From Setoptus koraiensis (lineage: Eukaryota > Animalia > Arthropoda), in contig CM106585.1 of NCBI GenBank assembly GCA_048013815.1, forward strand, positions 15,128,001 through 15,192,000: a stretch of 64,000 nucleotides of DNA. Reading direction: 5' to 3'. The translations under genes and the position numbers were made by a program. This document shows positions 55,747 to 64,000 of this stretch, in pieces. A model generated the notes under the pieces. It was not told the DNA's origin. It did no database searches and saw only the letters and a list, made by a program, of their open reading frames with translations. The first letter of the stretch is position 1; each line of letters starts with the position of its first letter.

Positions 55747-58700
55747 TGCAATGTTGCGCAAGTCGCAGGCACGAAAATTGGCGATATTTGGCGAACATTG
55801 AGCCTCAGCCGTCGAGCCTCACAATGTTGACAAATATTGGCCAGCGACGGCGAATAGTGACCATAGACAACAGGTCATTTGTTATCGTGTCACATAGGAT
55901 GGTCATCGACAGGCGAGTGAGGCCCCCACAAGGCAGAGCTCATTAATTGTCGGTGTGGCCCGCCGAGCGGCGCTGCTCGTGCCAATTACACCAGGTAACA
56001 GCATAATCATGAGTCGCTCGTGTGCCACAAGCCCATTCATTATTCACACTAATCTAATTAATGTGACAGATCAATTCAATCAGCTGTATGTTGGGGGCAG
56101 GGGGCCAGGGGGGCAACAACAGTGAGCGACAGCGGCAAATATAACGGTCAATATTCACAGGGGCGAGCCTCAAACAGGGCGACAGCTTATTGACTTATAA
56201 ATAAGGAAGAATAAGCGGCCTCAGTGGGCGCGTTGTTACACCTGTCGCAAGTGTCGCCCGTATGCATAAACATCAATCACTCATACGACCTTTATGTTAC
56301 ATCGCAAAGGTATTGCTGGGTATTGCACAGGGGTATCACACACGGGTATTGCTCGGGTGTGACGGTCGGGCGCAATAGTGAAAAGTGCAATTGTTCACGT
56401 GCTTGCACGACATCGATCGGCAGACGGCCACGAGACGGGCGACTTTTATTTTATTTTGTATTATTATTTATTTTTTATTTTGCGCGTGCAATATCCGCCC
56501 GAAAAGCGCTCTCTGGCGCCGGCGACAGAGAGCGCTTTTCGGTCTCACAACTGAGACTTACTTGTTAATTTCAATCACATTTAATTGTATCCGACTCGCG
56601 AGTCGCATGACGCACGCACTTTGCCGTCAAAAAATTCATTCCGTCCTGACAATTGTGACAGCGCAGATAACGTTGCATTTATTCACAATTAACATGGCTT
56701 GATCTATGCCACGGACTGTCTAGCCCGACTGACATCGGCCGGCCGCATAGATCAAGCCGACAAGATTGCGCCGCAAGATTTTTGGCGCGCCGTAGCGCGG
56801 CCATTGCGATGCCGTGCAATGCCGGCCCGACCAATTAAAATGCCGGCCCGACCAATTAAAATGCCGGCCCGACCAATTAAAGGGCAACCAACTGGCACGC
56901 TAACGACAACTGACACGGCCAAAGTGGCAGCCCGACGGCAAACGAATTCAATATCGCACAACCAACAACAGATAAGACTCAGATGATTTGGTGAGGGGGG
57001 GGGGCGCCAGTCACGCGTTGAATGTTTATTATCAGCTAGGCATTATCCGCCTTCCGGATGCACTTTTGATCGGGCCAGAAAACGCTGGCAATCTGAGAGA
57101 TCGTCTCAGACAAACTTGATAGTTGTGATATTTCAGGTCTTGCCAGCCGCACAAACTCGGCGCGTGTTATCGCGTGCGGCCCGACGACGACGACGACAAC
57201 AACAACCACTCACTCCGACAATTACCGCCAGACTGCACAATCACAGTCACACAGAAACTAATGCAGCCAACAAGCGGTAATTGCCGCACGTCTAACGGTA
57301 TTTATGTGACTTATGTCACTAATGTGATTTGTGTGTGACTCGCGCGCTCGCCATGCCAAATAATTGCTCTTGTGTCGTGGCACAACTCGACTCGATCTTG
57401 CCGGCAACATGTTAGACGGCGTGACAGTCGCGGTCCCAATTAGCGGACACTCTGTCTAATTTAGACACACCACAGAGACAGGCGGCCAGAAACGCCGCCA
57501 AGCGTCCGAATTTGGCAGTCCGAATTTGGCAGTCCGAATGCGACAAACGTGGTTGCGCACAAGCACCATTCTGAAAATAAATAGGTGCAAAATCTAAACA
57601 ATCCTCACTTTTGTCTCTCCGTCTTTTTCACTCACAACTTTATTTTTTTCTTATTTTAATGACGCTGACAATGATGGTCGAGCTAGTGGCGCTCCACCTG
57701 GCGAGCTGCACTTGGCGAGCTACATCCGGTGCGCCGTAGTTGGCACGACACGATGTGGCCGGCGCACATTGTGACAGCAGTAACGTCATGTCATTATGTA
57801 ATGTTTTTGTATATTGCGCCACGCTAGCACCAGCGCTGGCAAGCTCACCGGCTGTAACCTGAGCCGGGTTACCTGAGCAGGCGAGGGGGCCGCGCCGGCA
57901 AAAGGGGACACAAACAACAAGCGCAAACAACAGCGCCGACAGCTCAACTGGTGCCACCATTACGTAATTGCGTGCTGGCTGTCGTTGTTGTGATGTCTCA
58001 CCTGTCTCAAAATTGGAGCACACACAGCGCCGCTAGCGGCCGTTACACTGTGACGGCCAGACGCGGACGGCCGTGGCAGCCTTGAGAGGCCTCCTAAGTT
58101 GAGAGGGGCCCGTGTCGAATTACCTGTGCTTGTTGTTTGTGTTTTGGGCGCAGTGTGGCGAGTGGCCGCAACGGCCCGTTCGGATGATCGGTTGTTGCGG
58201 CCACCGAGCGACCAGCCAGAGAATGAATAATCAGTCAGAGAATAAATAATCAGCCAGAGAATAAATAATCAGTCAGAGAATAAACAATCAAGCGGAGAAC
58301 GTGCGAACCGACCATAAAACACAATCTTATTGTCGCGCCAAGCCAGCTGCCCCAAAAGCGAGCAGTGACGAAGGTTTCGCGTGCAGCTAACAAATTTGAC
58401 CACTGGCGGCCATTCTCTGAGCGGCGATGGAGCAGCTCGAGAGCGTTCGTTGCATTTGCGTTCCTCTCAAAGTCTTTTTGGCCTCTCTAGTTTCTTTGGC
58501 GGCCGCTGTTGCGTTGTTGTCGCTGGCGCTGTTTGGCCAGAAACTCACGCGTCTGGCAGACAGAAGGGTCTTGCCAAAAACGCGAAACTTAATGATGGCC
58601 GGCGAGCTGCAAATTCCGACATGGCAAGTCATGCACGGATCACACTCGACGGGTAGCCCGCGCGAAACAGCGCGAAACAGCGCGAAACAGCGCGAAATGG

Positions 58701-61700
58701 CGCGAAATGGCGCGAAATGGCACGCGCTCGCTCACCGCTGGCCAGCCATCCGTGCGGCCGGGCGCCCACTCAGGTAGACAGTCCGGGACAGGTGACTATT
58801 GCCGGTGCGCCCGCTGGCGCAGCTTCAGTGAGACAGAGAGCGAGCGTTATTGGGTAATTGGCAAGGCGGCCCGTGCGCCCAGTCACATAATGCCAGCGCG
58901 ACGCCAACAAAAAGACAAGGGCCTCTCCAATTTCCGACGCGACTGGGGCCAGTTTTGCTGGCTGCGCTGTCTGGGCAGTGGGCACGTTGAGAGCAAACGA
59001 GCCGGTTAGACTTGGCGGCGCACGAGCGAGGGGGCCACAAAAAGATAAAAGCTCTCCAATTTCCGACCACGACGACACGCGCGCACAGTCGTTGCGCTGC
59101 CCGACGACGCACAGTCTAGACGGCACTTGGGAAGGAGAGACAGCGAGCTTACCAAGAGCGAGTTTAGCCCAAAGACAGTTTATCCAAAAAGAGCCATTCG
59201 AACAGAGCATGGGGCCCCGATGGGACGGCCCCATTTGAATGGGGCCGGCCGCTGGGCGCGTTCGGGTGCGCCCACAAACGCACCTCGACACTCGCTGGGC
59301 GGCTTAGCGATGGCGGCACACACAATTGGGCACAATTGTTTCTATTTTTAGCCACGCCAGCGACGCCGGTGCACTGGCCCGTGGCCCCGCCGCCGCCGCC
59401 GTCCCACTGCTGTCAGGCCTGCAAATATCCGGCCCGCGAATATCCGGCCATATGCGCCAAGCTGCGCGCTGGACGCTCGCCCGGGGACGCTCGCCCGGGG
59501 ACGCTCGCTCGCGGATGCTCGCCGCTGCGGACTCCCGCTGTCGCGGGCATATCCGGCAGGCCGGATATTTGCCGGTTCGGGTGCGCGGCGGCTCGGGCGC
59601 CCAGGTGCGCGCCCGCCAAGAAGCGCCCGCCTAGAAGCGCCCGCCAAGAGGCGCCCGGCGGTGGCCGGCAAGCGGGCGATACGCGATCGGGCGAGTCTCG
59701 GCCGCGCCACTCTCGACTCTGGCGATCAGTGCGCCAGCCGCGAGCCGCGCCAGTCACAAGTCGCGGGCAATCTCGCCTCGCATTCTTTCGTGTTCTCGGG
59801 GCCCCTCGCCCGTTCGTTGTGGCGCATCCGCTCGCATGCGTTCTTGTATGTCGTGCGTGTTGCCGGTCGCCGACTGGGCGCTATTTGCTCGTGTGTCGCA
59901 TTGCTACTTGCGGCGCTGCGACAGCGACCTTGTCTCTTGACTGGCTTCTGTTGCAGCGACGGGCCCGCCGTTTGGGGGCCCCGTTCGTGGCTGTGCTCGT
60001 GGCTGCGCCAGTCGCTGTGCCCGTGGCTGCGCCAGTCGCTGGCTAGACTGCGAGCGACAGTGTCGAGCTGCGCACAAAGTGTCGGCCGTCCAGAAATGGC
60101 TAGATGTGATGTGATATAATGTGCGGGCATAAATCAAGATTGGCGCACGTAAGATTGCGGCGCCCCTACATGGAAAGTAAGTGAGTTACAGTCTGTGAGA
60201 CAGCGACGGCGGTTTAGTGTAAATGTAATCAACACTTTTTGAGCCAGCCAACCAGTTTGTCAGTATAAGTAGATGTGAGCCAGACATAACTAGATTTATA
60301 ACTGTGAGTGGCTCACTTGAATGGCCGCGCAACAACAGCAACAACCGCGCCAACGGCGCCAACAGCAACAACAGCAACAACAGCAACAACAAATACACAT
60401 ACAATGCGCACTGATGGCTCGCGAATCGTCGACTCGATTCCGTGAATATCTGGCCAGCGTCTCGGCAATATTCGAGCCGCCCGTGGGGCCCCAACAGCGA
60501 GCGAGCAGGAAGTGTAACAAAATATCTAGCCACTTATTACTGTTGCATTAGCGCGCTGGGGCCCCAGCGCGTCGCTGTGGCGACAAAGAATGCGTCTGTC
60601 TGGCAGGCAGCTGAGGGGCTGGCTGGCGAACTGTCAACCGGAGCCCGTGTTCATCTTTCATTTCTTATCTGTGGCGCGACACACACATACTAGCGCGCAG
60701 CCAGAAACGGGGCCCCGTCGGCTCTATAAATAGTACAAATGCACTTAATAAGCCGCTGCCTAATCTAGATTAAGCGCACACGAGCGGCGCCCATGGTGCC
60801 AATTGGGCCCATGCTCAATGTGCGGGCAGGCACACAAACAAGCGGCCCGTACAGCTGTATGGCTGGCTCGCCGGGGCCCGCGGTCTGTGGGCCTCGCAGC
60901 CTGTGGGCCTCGCAGTCTGTGGGCCACACGGGTACACAGACAGAGCGGCGCTCGGCCCCGGCGCGCCTGTGCGAATGCCCGACGCGCCCGACGACAAGCT
61001 GGCCCATTTGCCGCACCAGGGAGCGTGCCAGAGGGAGGCACACCGGGGAGGGAGAGCACGCCAGAGAGAACGCCAGAGAGAACGCCGGAGAGAGGGCCGG
61101 AGAGGAAGGCAGAGAGAAGGCCGGAGAGGGAGGCAGCGCACTAAGGGGAGTATAATAAACAGCTCGAGACGGTGCGATATGGCGCGGCCATATCCGTGGC
61201 TGCCAGCCAGCGAGCGGGCCCGTTCGTGTGTGATTATCGGCGCGGCTCAATTGGGCCCGGCGTGCACTGTATTTACTTTGGCGGGCGCATTATATGTTGT
61301 GTGTGTGTGTGTGTATTATACATGTAGATGTAGCCATCGAGCAGCCGAGCCGACAAAGTATCGGGCAAGCTCGGCGCCAGCGTTAGTCCGCTAGTATTTG
61401 CCGGTATCGCGGGCGCTCGTGTCGTTGGGCAGCGCTTGCCGGCGCTGGCTGGTTGCTGGTGGCTGGTGGGGCCACTGGCAAGACGCGGTGCGAGTGGCAG
61501 CGCACGCGGGCGACGCAATCATTAACGGTACGGCACAGCCCGTATAAACAAGGCGACATTCTTAGAATAGAATCGCGACGACAACTACAACGGCGACGAC
61601 AACGGCGACAGCGACAACAACAGCGACAACAACAGCGACAACAACGACGGCGACAACAACGACGGCGACAACATTTCAAAACAACTGTCACAAAACAGTT

Positions 61701-62019
61701 GCAGCGATCCGGATTGACGGTGCGCTCCCCTGGCGATAATCGCCGCAACGAGCAGCGACAGGCAGCTTCGTTAATTCGCACGATAATGATAGAGATCAAT
61801 TGTTAGAATGCACATAGACACAGACAAATAAATTCTTCATTACACACAAATATAACGCCGCCGCGGCGCACAACGTGCAACGTGGGGCGCGCGGGGGCCG
61901 GATATGAAACTAAATGGAAGAATCGTGTACGCACAATGGGCACGCATAGGCGCCGACAAGAGCGCCGCCATGCGAACTTGATCAGCCCGATACAATCGGG
62001 CCCATTATCCGGCATTATC

Positions 62020-62113
62020 GGCCGGCCGACAAGTGCGAGATCGGCCGGCCGACTAGTGCGAGATGGGCCGGCCGACTAGTGCGAGATCGGCCGGCCGACA
62101 AGTGCGAGACCTG
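62020..62113. repeat. 23-bp tandem repeat x4 containing the palindrome tcggccggccga
   Basis: Unit cggccggccgac(a/t)agtgcgagat. Confidence 0.85.
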
Positions 62114-64000
62114 GCCGGCAGGGCCCTATTGCCGGACTGGCGCTGAGTCGGTGGCGGCCCGAAAAGAGTTGCCCGCTTGTCGGGCGATCCGGGCGCAGCG
62201 GCAGCGTAGTTGTGGTGTAATTCCAGACCGACACACAGTTGCAGCGTGATGCTGGTGCGGTTCTGGCATAGTTGCAGCGTTGCATAGTGATGCGCGACTA
62301 GTTAACCGGATAATTCGCGGGCGCCTAGCGGCGCCTAAGTAGATTAGAGCGGGCCGGCCGACGGGCCAAACGGGGCTTGCACGGGTTGCAAATGACTTGA
62401 TGCCGCCGCTGCGAGAATAACCAATTTCGGCGGCCCGCCGCTGAAATTGGCCGCTTGCAGTGCCCAGCTGGGCATTATAGCCCGGCGCGTTCAAGCCCGC
62501 GCTACAAGCGTTGTAGGGCGGCCAAATATCCGTAATCATCATGTAGTCATGTATGGCGCGCGACATTAAGCGCGGTGTGTTAAGTTATTAGAGGGCGCTA
62601 TCGGCTGTTACGCTCGGCTGTGGTGCCGTCTATAAATAGAGCGACCATGAGCCCTTGCCAGAGATTATTTGATCAGATAAAAAACGTCTGAGGCTGCTGC
62701 TGCAAACTCTCTCTCTCTGTGCGCTGCCAATGCGAAATGCCTGCCATTATCGTGAATTTCTGTAAATAGTGCGACTAGCAACATCCATTAGAGCCATGTC
62801 CCGCGTGCCGCCGTTGGCGGCCCGCGCCAAGGTTAAGACGCCTCCCTAACGAGCGCAGCGCGGCTCCGACCGGGCCCGGCCCGCCACGCGCCGAGCCCTC
62901 GCTGTGCCCGCTCGAGCGGCCTCCGGGAGCCCGGGCTCGGCGGCTCGGAGATTTTGGAGATTTCGGAGATTTCGGAGATTATTTTAAGCGAGCGGGCCAA
63001 ACGGCTAAAAATAACGGCTCTAAATGATGTTGGCCACGCACACATTGGCGTCGTCGTCGGTGTCGCCGTCGCCTAGTTGTTGTGACGCTGTTGTGATGTG
63101 TGCTCGTTGCGGCCCAAAATCAATCTTGTCGGCACCGACGAGCCACGATAAGCCAGCGCTTGCACTCAACGAGCGCCCCAGCGGTATATGGCCGGTGATA
63201 TATGGCAAGTGTCATTAAACAAGAGATCCGCTGACCATAAGTGTCACCTGTGTGAGTGTGTGACAAACGCTCAACTTTGACGTCTGACAATCTTGTGAGC
63301 GAGTCAGCTGTGCAGACGATGATGTAATATAATAATGACACACACACACACACACTATCACTCAAAGGGGCCCCCGCTCTCAAAACAACAGCCGGCTCAC
63401 CACATACAGCTGGCTAGTTTCATTAATGGTCATTTCATTTTCGGCCACTTGCCGCACCTACGCTGCACCGAGCGGAACACTTCGGACACCCCGCAACGTA
63501 TAAGGCTCGGCTTCTTCAAAATGCCCTCCACATACATTGCCGGTGGACAAGATGCAAATGACACGTTACGACAATTTTCGCTCACTATTAATCTGGCAGC
63601 ATACTACTAGCGATTGTCGACATTGTTGACAAGTGAAACAGCCACCTCATTTGTCTGGCTGGGCCGGCATCTTGGTGATTTGTGGCTCGCAAAAAATGGG
63701 GCCAGATAGAATTGTTTGTGTGAGATATGGGCCAATATGAGATATCAATCAAAGTGAGACTATCAGCCTAATTGGCATGAATGATGAATGTGAATAATGA
63801 ACCATGAATAATGATGAACAATGGGGCCGATAATGACGATTTATTTACAATTGTTGCGGTTGCGGTTCAAACGACACACACATCTGCATTTGAGATGTGC
63901 ACAACATCATCAAATTAGATCACAGCCGAGAACAGATCGGTTGTTGCGGTGCTTGCTGAGAACACTTGTCAAGTCTCGCGATCAACATCTAGACACACTT

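Noticed and set aside
58912-59075. Degenerate 35-bp direct repeat (caaaaaga..ctctccaatttccgac) 130 nt apart, as possible LTR or TSD
   Set aside because: Too short and diverged, without TG..CA ends; consistent with the general local-duplication background.
59336-62566. Many overlapping 100-236-aa ORFs on both strands
   Set aside because: R/A/P/G-rich translations of GC-rich repeat-laden DNA, open in several frames at once, with no recognisable motif.
63335-63610. 91-aa + strand ORF with non-repetitive C-terminal part
   Set aside because: Starts in a CA repeat; no homology recognised and no splice support.

Overview
Eukaryotic (arthropod-type, possibly mite; taxon is inference) genomic DNA with spliceosomal GT-AG introns and very dense microsatellites and short tandem duplications. 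Five protein-coding genes could be reconstructed by hand with consistent intron phases: (1) a six-exon Nox4-type NADPH oxidase (+, 4001-14281), more than twice the usual length because of large low-complexity insertions; (2) a six-exon alkylglycerol monooxygenase (-, 15413-18782) with a 566-bp hAT-type MITE (13-bp TIR, 8-bp TSD) in intron 2; (3) an intronless, anchor-less cytochrome b5-domain protein (-, 23331-23843); (4) an intronless Munc18/Rop (+, 29768-31534); (5) a 5'-incomplete AC3-type adenylyl cyclase (-, 32327 to at least 54703, 14 exons located). Most other ORFs in the track are repeat-derived or shadow frames. I found no CRISPR, rRNA or tRNA, and no demonstrably new multi-gene system. 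The best leads are the expanded Nox4 (intact E-loop His/Cys triad but degenerate NADPH motif), AGMO with a signal-like glycosylated N-terminal extension and a stop-free in-frame intron, the MITE, a pre-miRNA-like hairpin, and two motif enrichments (CAGGTGAG on the left, GGGCCC on the right).
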